The notes under the pieces are model-generated. The model had not been told where the DNA came from, ran no database searches, and was given only the letters and a program-made list of their open reading frames with translations. A stretch of DNA of 60,612 nt, filler included. It is 8 parts of 8 records of this genome, joined end to end, with 100 filler letters (N's around TTAATTAATTAA, not from the genome) between each part and the next. Parts side by side here need not be neighbours in the genome. Positions count along the whole stretch, not along the records: positions 1 to 7,347 come from DRR723986_12643; positions 7,448 to 12,583 come from DRR723986_12648; 6 more parts are not named here. One strand, written 5' to 3'. Every line of letters begins with the position of its first letter. Within the stretch, counting starts at the first letter, position 1. A program made the translations under genes and the position numbers. This document shows, piece by piece, positions 1 through 11,300 of the stretch.

Positions 1-2
1 CC

Positions 3-3000
3 GCTCGCCGCGTCCGTCGCGGACACGGCCACCTCCCCGACCGCCACCCACGGGCCGTTCTCGCCGTTGCTCGTCTCCACCGCGCCGCCCTGCACGTTGT
101 CCGACACGATGCGCACGGCGCCGAGGCGGCGGTAGCACTGCGCGTCGAACGGCAGCTCCCACCCCACGAACACCGTGCCCAGCTCCCCGTCCAGCGCGTC
201 GGCGGTGTCGGGCGCGCCCGCCAGCCACTGCACCGTGCCCACGGGGAGCCAGCCGCGTTCCTTGCTCGCGTCCGCGCGCACCCGCGCGATGGCGCCCACG
301 GAGGCGGACTGGAAGCCGTTGCTGTTGCCCGCCACGACGCGGAACTCGCTGTCCACCGTGGACGACAGGCCGCCGCTCGGCGCGTACGTGAAGCAGCACG
401 CCGCGTTGGGCGCAACGCCGAGCACGCGCGCCACGTCGCACGCGCAGTCCGACGCGCCGGACGCCGTGGACAGCTCGGCAACGTCCTCGTAGCCCGAGCA
501 CACGCCGCTCTCCAGACTGCCGTCGTTGCCCTCCCCCTCCTGCTCCTGCTGCTGCTGCTCGGCCTTGGCCACGCACGCCCTGTCCACCCACGACGAGTCG
601 ACCTTGCGCTGCACCTTGTACCGCGTCGCGCTCTCGGCCGAGAACAGCAGCGTCACGGCCGTGCTGTTGAGCTGCACCACGCGCACGGACACCACGTCGC
701 TGTCGGGCACGGCCTGCGCGTTCGAGGCGAGCGTCGTGACGGCGACGGTGGCCGCCGCCCACCCCGGCAGCGCCCGCGCGTTGCTCGCCACGACGCGGAA
801 CACGTACTGCGTCTGCGCGGTGAGTCCCGTGGCCGTGTACGCGCCGAGCGTGGTGGTGCCCAGCTCCACGAACTCGCTGTCCGCCTGCGAGCCCAGCTTG
901 CTCTGCACGGCGAACGAGAAGGCGCGCGCGGGCGCCTCCCACGCCAGCACGACCTGCGTCGACAGCACGGACGCGGCGCGCAGTGCGACGACCTGCGACG
1001 CGCGAACGTTGGCGCGGGCGTCCAGCGCGATCTCGCCCTGGCCGTCGCCGCCGTCGTCTCCTTCCTGGCGCACGAGGAAGCCGTCGAACGCGCCGGGGGT
1101 GTGCCACGCGTCGTCGAAGACGCGCCCCGACCCCGTGTGCTCGAAGGCGTGCCACGACACCAGCCGGCCCTCGTCGGCCTCGGCGACGCGGCCCGGGCGC
1201 GTGGTGGTCCACGCCAGCGCGCGGACGGTCTCCTTGGGCAGCGCCGCGCCGAACACCGCGAGGTCGCCCACGCGCCCGTGCAGCCCGCGCATCACCACCG
1301 CCGTGCGGTTCGCAACGCTCGGGTTGGCGACGTAGGCGAGCGACGCGCCCGCGCCCAGGGCGGCCTCCGCCACCACCGTGCCGTCTAGGTACAGGCGCGC
1401 CAGCGTCCCGTTGAAGACGGCGGCGACGTGGTACCACGTGTCCGGCTCCAGCGGCTCGGTGTCGCGCAGCGTCGTCCCGCCGACGGTCCACGACAGGGCG
1501 GCATCGTCCTCCACGGCGAGCTCCCACCCAGTGGCCGCGCCCGCCACGCTCGTGCCGTCGAGGGCCTGCGGCAGCGTCGACACCACGACGCCGCGCCCGC
1601 CCGCGCCCCCCGGCAGCTCGCGCAGGCTGAGGTGGCACGCCACGCTGACCCGCTCGGCGCAGGCGGCGGCGTAGCCGTCGTACCCGGTGGTGCCCAGGCT
1701 GGCGTGCACGTCGGCGGGGAACACGCCCGCCACGATCTTGCCGTCCCCGCGCGCCGCGTCGTCCACGGGGAACCGCGCGCGGCAGTACGTGGTGGTGGCG
1801 TTGGCGCTCGACCAAATCCACTCGGCCGTGGGCGACAGCGACGCGCTCTGCTGCGCGGCAAAGGACGCGGACTGGACGGCGCGCATCGCGCCCGGCCACT
1901 CCGAGTCGTCCAGGTCGACGTCGAACCACTCCAGCCCTCCCGCCGCCGCGCTGTCGAACTGCGAGCCGTCCATGCACCGCCACACCGCGGTGGAAGGCGA
2001 CGCGTGCGCCGAGGTCGCCGCCATCGTGTCCATCGCGAACGGCAGCCGGAACGACGCCGCGACGCCCTGCGCGCTGAACGCGCTGCCCGTCGCGGAAATG
2101 GCCACGCTGAACACCTCCTCCTCCAGCGTCGCGGCCACCGTGCCCAGCCGCGTGCTGGTGGTGCCCAGCAGCTGCCCGTTGACGTACACCACGGCCGACG
2201 ACGCGACGGACTGCACGAGCGCCGCCACGCGCGGCATGGTGCGCACGGCGTGGACGGTGCCGTCCGCGGAGGCGTCCTGGTACGCCGCGTCGGCACCGTC
2301 CACCGACACGCCGCCGGTGACGCGCACCGCGTACTCGGTGTCCGCGCGCAGCGCCGTCAGCGCGTTGGTGCGCAGGCCCGTGCCCTCGAGCGCGGTGGAG
2401 AACGTCCCGTCGGGCTGCTGCACTTCGAGCGTGAGGTGCGTGACCGAGCACTGGTCCGCCCACAGCGTCGCGCTGGTGGTGGTCAGCGCCGTGGTGCGCA
2501 CGTCCAACCGCTCGCCGCTGGCCAGCGCGTCCTCCCTCGCGCACACCTGCATCGAGGCGGCCTGGTCGCTGCTCTCCCCCGCGCTGTTGGCCGGCACCAC
2601 CGTCACCGTGTACTGGAGCCCGTTGGCGAGCCCCTCGAGGCGGAACGCCGTCGCCTGCAAGGCCAGGGCCGACGACACGTTGGCCGCGCTCGCGTCCTGC
2701 GGCCCCTGCAGCTCCAGCCTGTAGTGCGTGGCGGTGCTGGACGCCGACCACGCCAGCTCCACCGCGTCGTCGCCGACCGACGTCAGGCGGAGGTCGGTGG
2801 GCGGCGTGGACGGCGCGTCGTCGGTCGGGACCACCACAAACTGCGTGCCCTCCTCCGACTCGCCCGCGTGGTTGCTGGCGGTCACGACCAGCGTGTACGC
2901 CGTGCCGGCGACGAACGGCTCCAGCGTGCCGTCCCCGTCCGTGTCCACGCCCGTCAGCTGCGCGCCCGTCTGGTCCATGGCCGCCACCGCCAGCGTGGTG

Positions 3001-6000
3001 AGCGAGCTGCTGACCTTGGCGTACACCGTGAACCACGCGGCGGCGCTCGACGTTGGCACCAGCGTGACGGCCGACGACGACAGCGACGTCATCAGCACCG
3101 ACGGCGCGTCCGGCACGCGCGACGACGTGCGCACCGCCAGCGCGTCCACGAGCGTCCGCTCCTGCAGCCCGTTCGCGTTGCCCGCGACCACGCGGAGCTC
3201 GTACGCCGTGTCGACCGCCAGGCCCGCGACGGTGCTGGCCGTGCCGGCCTCCAGCGGCAGCGCGCGCGACCGCAGCCCGTCGAACAGCACCTCGGCGCCA
3301 GCGCCGGACGTGAACAGCGCCACGGTGCCCGTCTGCAGCGTGGAGACGCGGTCGGCCACCTCGCCCACCAGCGTCGAGTCCCAGTAGAACTGCACGACCC
3401 CGCCGCGCGCGACCACCACGATCTCGTGCCACGCGGACGGCGCCACCGCAGCACCAGCACCGGCGGAGAACCGGGCGGCCTCGGGCACGGTGGAGAGGTC
3501 GAGGTACGCGCCGTCGACCACCGCGCGCACCAGGAACGTGGCGTTGCCCGCGGCCAGGCGCACCTCGAACGCGAGGAAGTTGTCCTCGTCGCGGAAGCGC
3601 GTGGCCAGGCCGAACGAGCCGTCAACGGCAGCGGTCCACACGCGCACGGAAGCGCGCGAGCGCTGGCCAAACTCCCACGACGGCCAGGCCAGGAACGTGC
3701 CCAGCTCGTCGCCCGGGCCAGCGGTGCTCGCGTCCTGGCTGATCAGCGCCACGCGCCCGGCGCGGTTGTTGGCCAGCCTCCAGTTCCCGTACGGGCCTTG
3801 GAACACGGGGTGGTGCCGCACCTCGGTGGCGTCGGTCCCCAGCGCGTCCTCGGTGTAGTTGAACACGAGGCTGCTCGAGTTGCCAAGCCCCGCCACGAGC
3901 GTCCACGCCGACGGGAAGCCGGACGAGGAGCCGGCCCTGTACTCCACCGCGAACTGCGAGTGCTCGGGCAGGCGCGTCCACGCCAGCGTCGTCGTCGTCG
4001 GCGTCGACCCGCTGACGTGCAGCGCGGCCACGTTGCTGCTCCCGGAAGCAGGGCGCGACGAGGAGGGCGTCACCGTGACCGTCAGCGCGTCCGCGTCCTC
4101 TGCCGTCGTGTCGCCGTGCGCGTTGCCGGCCAACAGCGCCAGCCGGTACGCGGTGCCCTCCACCAGCGCCCCTTGCGTGGCGGCGTTGTAGCCCGAGTGC
4201 CTGACGGGCAGCGCGTCGAAGCGGAACGTGGGGCTCGTCAGCGCCGAGGCGGCGAGCTGCACCCACGCGCCCACGCCCGAGTCCCACACCGACAGGCCGT
4301 AGCGCGTCGCGTCCGCCACCGACATGCGCAGGTCGGCGTGCGCTGGCCCCACCGCCGTGGCCTCGAACTCGGAGAGGCGCAGGGCGGCAGCGGCGGCGGT
4401 GGCCAACGCCGGGGCGGCAGAGGTGGGCACGACCACGAGCTCGGCGGCCAAGTTGGGGGGCTGGTACCCGTGGCTGTTCCCGGCCACCACGCGCACCACG
4501 ATGGCCGCCGCACTCGTCGGCGACGCACCGCTGGCAGGGAAGGCGAAGCAGCCGAGCGAGGGCACGTCGCCCCTGGAGGTGGACACGACCCACGCGGACG
4601 TGCCCCACAGGTCCGCAGCCACCGTGGTCCAGCCCTGCACGTCGCCGTCGTCTGGGTCTTCGTGCGCGTCGCCCGTGCCGTCGGCGTCCTCGTCGAACGC
4701 GCGCACCAGCACCTTGTACTTGGTGGCGTCGGGCAGGTCGTCCCACTCCACGCGCACCGCCGTGGAGGACAGGCTCGACGCGCGCAGCCCGGACACGGCG
4801 TCCACGGGCGCGGCGGACGTGGCCGCCGCCTCCACCTCGCCCGAGACCACGGGGTACAGGCCGTCGCCGCTGCCCATGCGCACGCGGAAGGTGTACACGG
4901 CGTCGCTGGACAGCGCCGAGCGCTCGCACTGCTCGGTGCTGGCGGGGTTGAGGCACGTCACCGTGTACGCGAGCACGGCCTGCTCGTTGCCGTCCGCGGC
5001 GGGCGAGGCGTACGACAGCCCGCCCTGCACCACCCGGAACCCCTCCTCGCCCTGCGCGCGGTACTCCACGACGAACGTTTGCCCGACGAACGTGGACGCC
5101 GAGAACATGCCCAGCGTCACCGACGGCGCCGCGTCGCCCGCCAGCACGAGCTTGGTGACGACCACGGCGTCGCCCCCGCTGGCGCCGAGATCGTCCAGGG
5201 GCACCAGCAGCCGCCCGCCCTCGTCCGTCTCTTCAAAGCCGGGCGCCGTGGCGGCGTACACCAGCAGGTGCGTGGCCGACCCGCCCACCACCGCGCCCGC
5301 CAGCGTGGTCGTGGCAGGGGCGCCGCCCTTGTGCAGGAACGCGATCGGGCAGTTGGACGCGCGGCCCGCGACGGACCCAGCGTACACCGCGTACCCGAGC
5401 AGGTCCGTCTCGTCCGCGGCCGGCGTGATCGTCAGGTCGCCCGCCAGCACGCCCGCGCTCGCGTCCGAGTCCACAAACGACGCGCCCAGCGGGGCGGGCA
5501 GCGAGGAGGAGGAGGAGGACGACGAAGACGAGCGGGGCGAGGTGCAAGTGCCGCTGCCGTCGTCGTCCAGGAAGTTGCCGTTGCAGCGCAGCGTGACGGT
5601 GTCGCGCAGCTCGGGCACGGCACCGCTGAAGTAGCCGCCCTCCACGTCGAGCAGCGTCAGCGCGTCGAGCGCGCCGAACTCGGGGGGGATCGTCCCGCCC
5701 ACCGTGGTGATGGCGATTGCGGACGGCTCGCCGCCGACGCACGTCACGCCCTCCAGCGCGCTCGTGGTGTCGTCGGTGCACACGACCGCGCCCGCGCCCG
5801 TGCACCACCCCGCCAGCCACGCCAGCGCGGGGTTGGAGTCGCACGCCGCGTCCAGCATCGCGCCCGTGAACGACGCGGCGTTGTGGAACGTCACCGCCGT
5901 GGTGCGACGGGACGACGCGTCGGTGGCGCCCGGCTGCGTGAACTCCACGGCGTCGTGGTTGCCCAGCACCCACAGCGGCACGCCCACGATGTTCGTGAGC

Positions 6001-7346
6001 CCGTCGACGCTGAACGGCACCTCCTGCGCGTTCAGCGCCGCGGCGTCGAACCCGGACGCGGGCGCGCTGAACACCACCGACCTGCTCCTCCCGTGCTCGT
6101 CGGGGGCCAGCAGCGCAGCGTCCACCGCAGCGCTGGTGCCGCCGATCGACACCGACGCGCCCGACCCCGTGAGGTCGAGGAAGTCGTCGCTCTCCACCAC
6201 GACGTACACGGTGTCCGTCTCGCCCGCCACGCTGGGCACGACGTTGCCCGAGTGGACGCGCAGCGAGAGCAGCTGCGGCGCCGACGTGTCCAGGCGCACG
6301 GCGCTCCCGTCGGTGACGTCGGCCTGCGTGAGCGGCAGGCCCGTCGCGCCGTTGCCGCCGACGTCGAAGACGCCCGTGACCTCGAACTCCACGTCCTGCC
6401 CGTCAGCCAGGCCGGCGGTGGCGGCGGCGGTGAGGACCACAGAGAAGCGCAGCGAGGTCGGGGACGGCGACGACACGGACGCCTCCAGCCCCGCGATGGT
6501 CGCGCTGGCGAACGCCGTGTCGAGCTCGGCGCTCGCGGTGAGCGTGACGTGCACGGTGTGGCCGGTGGTGGCGAAGCCCGCGTCCAGCGGGTTGCCGGAC
6601 TCGACGACCAGCGAGGACACGGACAGCACCGCACCGCAGCGCGGAAGAGACGCGTACCCGCCGTCCGCGGGGACGTTGGCCGAGTCCTTGACGCACAAAA
6701 AGTCGCGGTCCAAGGGCACGCCGTTGGCGTCCTCGGCGCCGTCCCCGCCCTGGCAATCGCCGTCGCAGCACAGGGCGTCCTCGGCCCCCGCCGGCCCAAC
6801 GGCCACGAACCCTGTCGGGCAGTCCACCACGTCCACGATGGCCACGGCCACGGGGCCCGCGAGCAGCAGGCCCTCCCCCGCGTTGGCGTAGACGAGCACG
6901 TGGGTCTGGCCGGCGTCCAGCGAGACGGTGGGCAGCGTGGCGGTGACGGCCTGGCCCGCGTTCTTCTGGACCACGACCCGCGCGCCCGCGCCGTCCGCGT
7001 CCGTCGGCGACGTGCCCAGGTGCACCTCGTAGCCCACCACGCCGGACTCGTCGGCCGCCGCGCCAACGACCACCCTGCCGGCGATCAGCCCGCCGCCGCG
7101 GTTGGTGTCGGTGAACGCCACCGACGACGGAGGGCTCGTGCCGGCCTTGGGCGAGCCGCAGGTGGCGATGTGCGTGCCCGAGCACGCGACGCCGGCCACC
7201 TCGGTGCCGGAAAAGTAGTTGGACGCGACCGTCACGCTGGGCAGCAGGGCGAGCTCGGTGGGCACCGTGCCGTACAGCAGGTTGTCGTCGAGGTCGACGA
7301 CGGCGACCGTGCCCACCAGCAGGCCGAGCTGCGTGGGCAGCGTGCC
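3..7346 (-). CDS. Giant multidomain extracellular protein, partial at both ends (plant-type LRR, multiple FN3, ConA/DUF1080-like and LamG domains); probably eukaryotic (algal/protist)
   Basis: Manual translation of the minus frame (codon low ends at multiples of 3) is open from GTLPTQLGLL at 7346 to ATDAAS at 3. Motifs: GTVPTELALL, GTIPPEFGALDALTLLDV (LRR); GLTAQTQYVFRVVASN, GLANGLQYTVTVVPANSAG (FN3); DTWYHVAAVFNGTLARLYLDG (LamG). Strong G/C bias at third positions. Absent from the ORF track because it has no stop in the window. Confidence 0.85.
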
Positions 7347-7347
7347 C

Positions 7348-7447
7348 NNNNNNNNNNNNNNNNNNNNNNNNNNNNNNNNNNNNNNNNNNNNTTAATTAAT
7401 TAANNNNNNNNNNNNNNNNNNNNNNNNNNNNNNNNNNNNNNNNNNNN
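7348..7447. other. Artificial contig linker N44-TTAATTAATTAA-N44 (same at 12584-12683, 17985-18084, 25059-25158, 33239-33338, 45694-45793, 52057-52156)
   Basis: Identical 100-nt spacer with stops in all six frames; many genes are cut at its edges. Confidence 0.99.
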
Positions 7448-7448
7448 A

Positions 7449-7868
7449 TACAACGTGCGCTTTGGCGATCCGGAATGCCAGGTGCTGATGATGCGGCTGG
7501 GGGCGCAGGCGCTAGACCTGATGCAGGCCGCAGCCGAAGGCCGGCTGGCCGATGCGCGGGTGAATTGGGCCGATGATCATGCCATGACTGTGGTTATGGC
7601 GGCCAACGGATACCCCGGCGCCTATGAAAAAGGGTCTGTGATCAACGGGCTGGCCGAGATCGCGGATAGCTCAAGCCAGATCGTGTTTCATGCCGGCACC
7701 AGCCTGCGCGAGGGGCAGGTGGTGGCCACAGGCGGGCGGGTGTTGAATGTTACCGCGCGCGGCGCCACCCTGGCCGAGGCCGCCCAGCGCGCCTATGCGA
7801 TGGTGGATCGCATTGATTGGCCCCAGGGCTTTTGCCGCCGTGATATTGGCTGGCGCGCCTTGGGCTGA
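7449..7868 (+). CDS. purD: Phosphoribosylamine--glycine ligase, C-terminal part
   Basis: YNVRFGDPECQ, GYPGAY, VFHAGT, TGGRVL, RRDIG motifs. Confidence 0.95.
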   Translation, partial: YNVRFGDPECQVLMMRLGAQALDLMQAAAEGRLADARVNWADDHAMTVVMAANGYPGAYEKGSVINGLAEIADSSSQIVFHAGTSLREGQVVATGGRVLNVTARGATLAEAAQRAYAMVDRIDWPQGFCRRDIGWRALG

Positions 7869-7950
7869 CACGCTTTATGGGTGTTGGGCCTTTGGGCTAA
7901 TACCCCTAAAGATGTATTCATTGCCCTAACGTATATGTGTTGTTACCCAC

Positions 7951-8556
7951 TTGGATAATGTGGGTGAGAGCATGTTGATGAGTAATGATTTTTTGTGCTG
8001 CACGGGCGCGCGCCTGAGCGGTCAGGTATTGTCGGGCCTTGATCGGGGCGGTGCGGCCTGGACAGTTGAGCTGCAGCATGTGCGCCGGCTGGTCTATTCC
8101 GAACGGCGCACCCGAAACAGCACGGTTTACAGCCTGCGGTTAAAAGACAAAGCCGGCTGGCGCACGGTCAGCGTGGATATTCCGCGCCAGCGCATGGCGC
8201 CCAGCATTGATCTGATCGAACATCGCGCGCTTTCGGCGCGGGTGGCCGAGGTGCTGGCCGAATTGCGGCCCGGGTTTCGGGTGCGCTACGAGGTGGTGCA
8301 AGGCGGGCGCTGGCTGCCGCTGTGGGTAGGCTTGGGCGCGGGCGTGCTGGTTGCGGCGCTGCTGTGGCTGTGGGCCTTTGTTGCCCAGGTGCAAGGGCCG
8401 CCTGCGGGTGTGTTTCCGGCCATCACACTGGGGGCGGGGCTGGTCAGCGGGGTTGGCGCCGGGCTGGTGATGGGGCTGGCCATGCGCCGCCGCGTGCCAG
8501 ATGTCAGCGCCAGCGCCTTGCCGGGGTTGTTAACCGCCGCATCGCGCCGCGGCTAG
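7951..8556 (+). CDS. Hypothetical membrane protein (start uncertain, may be 7972 or 7978)
   Basis: Fills the gap between purD and the convergent gene; two C-terminal hydrophobic segments. Confidence 0.55.
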   Translation: MDNVGESMLMSNDFLCCTGARLSGQVLSGLDRGGAAWTVELQHVRRLVYSERRTRNSTVYSLRLKDKAGWRTVSVDIPRQRMAPSIDLIEHRALSARVAEVLAELRPGFRVRYEVVQGGRWLPLWVGLGAGVLVAALLWLWAFVAQVQGPPAGVFPAITLGAGLVSGVGAGLVMGLAMRRRVPDVSASALPGLLTAASRRG

Positions 8557-9409
8557 GGGCGGGCCGCGCTGGGGCTTTCTTGTTCTGGGCCGGGGCAGCG
8601 CAATGCGCGCGCCATGCTGGCGGGGCCCTCGTAGGGGCCCAGGCTGCGGCTGCGCAACCGCCCGTCGCGGCCCAGCCTTGTGGCCAAGATCTGGCGCCAT
8701 GCGGCATCGGCGGTGATGATCTGGGGCAGGCCCCCGCAATGGCGCAGCCCGCCCTCGATTTGGGGGGCGCGCAGCTGGTGGTTGCTGTGGCCCTCTTGCT
8801 GGGCGATCTCGGCCAGCTGCCAGCCGGTGCCGCCCGCCGCAGGATAGGCCCGCACCACCCGCAGCACCCGCGCCAGATGCGGGCGATCAACATAAGCGAT
8901 TTCAACCCGCCCGTCGCCATCCAGATCGGCAATGCCCGCAATGGCCAGCCAGCGGTGGCGCTGGCCAATGGGGGCGGTGGCCACCACGGGCTGGGCATGG
9001 GGCTGTGTGGCATCGGGTTGGGCATAAACCTGGATGCGGGCGCCTGCGGTAAAATCGGCCACCACTGTCACCAGCTCGGGGCGGTTGTCGCCATCCAGAT
9101 CGGCCAGGCGGGGGTGGGTATCTTCGAAAATGCCACCGCTTGCGCGCAAAACCTGCCGGGGGCCGGTGCTCCAGATAATTTCCAGCGCGCTGTATTCGCC
9201 CCCCGCCACAGCGCCATGGCCATAGGCATCGGTTGGTTCGATATAGCGCGCGGCGCTGATCTGTGGGGCGGTTTGCGGCAGCGCCTGGGCCGCTATGGGC
9301 CGGGGCAGGGCAGAAAAGGCCAGCGCCACACAGGCAATGAGCCCCACAAGAGGGCTGCAGAGTGCCATTTTTGCAGGGCGCTTGCACGGCTGCGCCAGCG
9401 CCCGCTGCA

Positions 9410-9410
<1 letters not shown>
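8553..9410 (-). CDS. Secreted FG-GAP/VCBS repeat protein
   Basis: Signal-like N-terminus; ADLDGDNRPELV and ADLDGDGRVEIAY repeats. Confidence 0.8.
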
Positions 9411-9736
<326 letters not shown>

Positions 9737-9839
9737 TCACTCTCCGATATTGGATTTCGGCTATACCTAGCCAAGGGTTTCAGGGCGTGCCAGCGCATTT
9801 TGGCCGTTTCGCGGGCCGGGCTTGCAAAAAAAGTTGAAC

Positions 9840-9854
9840 GTTCTATTTTTGTTC
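9840..9854 (+). promoter_or_regulatory. Alphaproteobacterial LexA (SOS) box
   Basis: GTTC-TATTTTT-GTTC matches GTTC-N7-GTTC, 2 nt before ATG 9857; TTGCAA (-35-like) at 9822-9827. Confidence 0.8.
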
Positions 9855-9856
9855 TT

Positions 9857-10276
9857 ATGCCTGTGCCCGCCTCTGCCCACCTGCCTGCCTTGCCAGATCG
9901 ACCGGCCCAGCCATGGCCGCGCCCGCCCCATGCGATTGTGGCGGCAGATCTGTCTGTGCCGCCGGTGGGGGCCCGGGTGGCGGTTGCCGGGCTGGTGATT
10001 TTGCGCCAGCGCCCTGGCACCGCCAAGGGCGTGATTTTCCTGACGCTTGAAGACGAGACAGGCACCGTGAATGTGATCGTGTGGCAAAACCGCTATGCAC
10101 AGTTCCGCCGGGCGGTGGTGGCGGGGCGGTTGTTGCGGGTCACGGGGCGGCTGCAGCGCGATAATGGTGTGGTGCATGTGGTGGCCGAGCAGATCGAGGA
10201 TATCTCGGCCTTGCTGGAACAGTTGGTGCATATCCCGGATGCGCCGGCGCTTTCCTCGGCCCGGAAATCACCCTAA
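9857..10276 (+). CDS. Stand-alone OB-fold protein homologous to the C-terminus of error-prone polymerase DnaE2
   Basis: VAGLVILRQRPGTAKGVIFLTLEDETGTVNVIVW ... LRVTGRLQRDNGVVHVVAEQIED; 139 aa; no polymerase core upstream. Confidence 0.85.
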   Translation: MPVPASAHLPALPDRPAQPWPRPPHAIVAADLSVPPVGARVAVAGLVILRQRPGTAKGVIFLTLEDETGTVNVIVWQNRYAQFRRAVVAGRLLRVTGRLQRDNGVVHVVAEQIEDISALLEQLVHIPDAPALSSARKSP

Positions 10277-10325
10277 ACTACGGCCAACTGCCTGTTTGAA
10301 AGCACTCCAACCACGGGGGCGCGGG

Positions 10326-10826
10326 ATGCGTTTCTTTACCCAAGTTCTGGCGCTGGCCCTGTTGGCCAATTGCACCGCGCAAACCGGGGGCTACCAAGCG
10401 CCAGAATTTGGCGCAGCCCCGCCCGGTGCCCCCGATGGCACCTGTTGGGGGCGCCTTGAAACCCCGGCGGTGATTGAAACCGTGACCGAGCAGGTCTTGG
10501 TGCAGCCGGCGGTGCTGGGGGCCAATGGGCAGGTGGTGCGGCCAGCCAGCTACCGCACAGAGACGCGCCAAAACATCATCAAGGAACGCAGCCAACGCTG
10601 GTTTGAAACCCCATGCCCGGTGCAAATGAGCCAGGAATTTGTAGAAAGCCTGCAGCGCGCCTTGGCGGTGCGGGGGCTTTACGCGGGGCAGATCACCGGG
10701 CAGATGGATGCGCGCACCCAAGCCGCCGTGCGCCAATGGCAACAGGCCCGGGGGCTGGACAGCGGCATGCTGTCGCTGGAAACAGCCCGGGCGCTGGGCC
10801 TGGTGGCGGTGGCGCGCAGCGGCTAG
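10326..10826 (+). CDS. Lipoprotein with C-terminal peptidoglycan-binding domain
   Basis: LALLANC lipobox; LQRALAVRGLYAGQITGQMDARTQAAVRQWQ. Confidence 0.85.
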   Translation: MRFFTQVLALALLANCTAQTGGYQAPEFGAAPPGAPDGTCWGRLETPAVIETVTEQVLVQPAVLGANGQVVRPASYRTETRQNIIKERSQRWFETPCPVQMSQEFVESLQRALAVRGLYAGQITGQMDARTQAAVRQWQQARGLDSGMLSLETARALGLVAVARSG

Positions 10827-10856
10827 GGCCGCGCATGCCCGTTTGGCGCCTTGGGG

Positions 10857-11300
10857 TCAGGAAAACAGCGAAAACGGGTGGCGCTGGCAGGCAACCCCAT
10901 GGGCCTGCAGCGCGGCTTGCAGCGCATCGGGCGGCGGGGCCAAACCCGGCGGCAGGCGCAGTTTTGGCCCGCTTAGGGGCACGATCGTAATGCGCATGCT
11001 GAAATCAAATCGCCGGTCCAGCCGCACGTGATCGATGTGCTCTAGCGCGATGCGCTGCTGCCCGCCCAGCCCCTGCCATGCCAGCCCGGCATGATCCAGC
11101 CGAAGCCATTGCTGGGGGTTGCGCGCAATATCCCACACCAAGGGTAGCGTGCTTGTGCCCAGCAGCGCCACCACCCAAGGTGCCGCCCCCAGCCCCACCC
11201 ACAGGCCCGCCAGCACCGCCCATGCGCCAGAGAGGGCCGCAAAATTGGCGGGGCTGCGCCCGTGGTGCTGGTGATGATAGGGGGCGGGGGGCTGGCTCAT
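10857..11300 (-). CDS. Hypothetical membrane protein, coupled to pepN
   Basis: Overlaps pepN stop (ATGA); two N-terminal hydrophobic helices. Confidence 0.7.
   Translation of the reverse strand: MSQPPAPYHHQHHGRSPANFAALSGAWAVLAGLWVGLGAAPWVVALLGTSTLPLVWDIARNPQQWLRLDHAGLAWQGLGGQQRIALEHIDHVRLDRRFDFSMRITIVPLSGPKLRLPPGLAPPPDALQAALQAHGVACQRHPFSLFS

Noticed and set aside
1428-7403. 1991-aa plus-strand ORF and the other short ORFs in contig 1
   Set aside because: Codon-register antisense shadow of the real minus-strand gene; Arg/His/Gly-rich with no domains, as expected at very high GC3.
7392-7403. Repeated TTAATTAATTAA within N runs as a biological repeat
   Set aside because: Artificial six-frame-stop linker.
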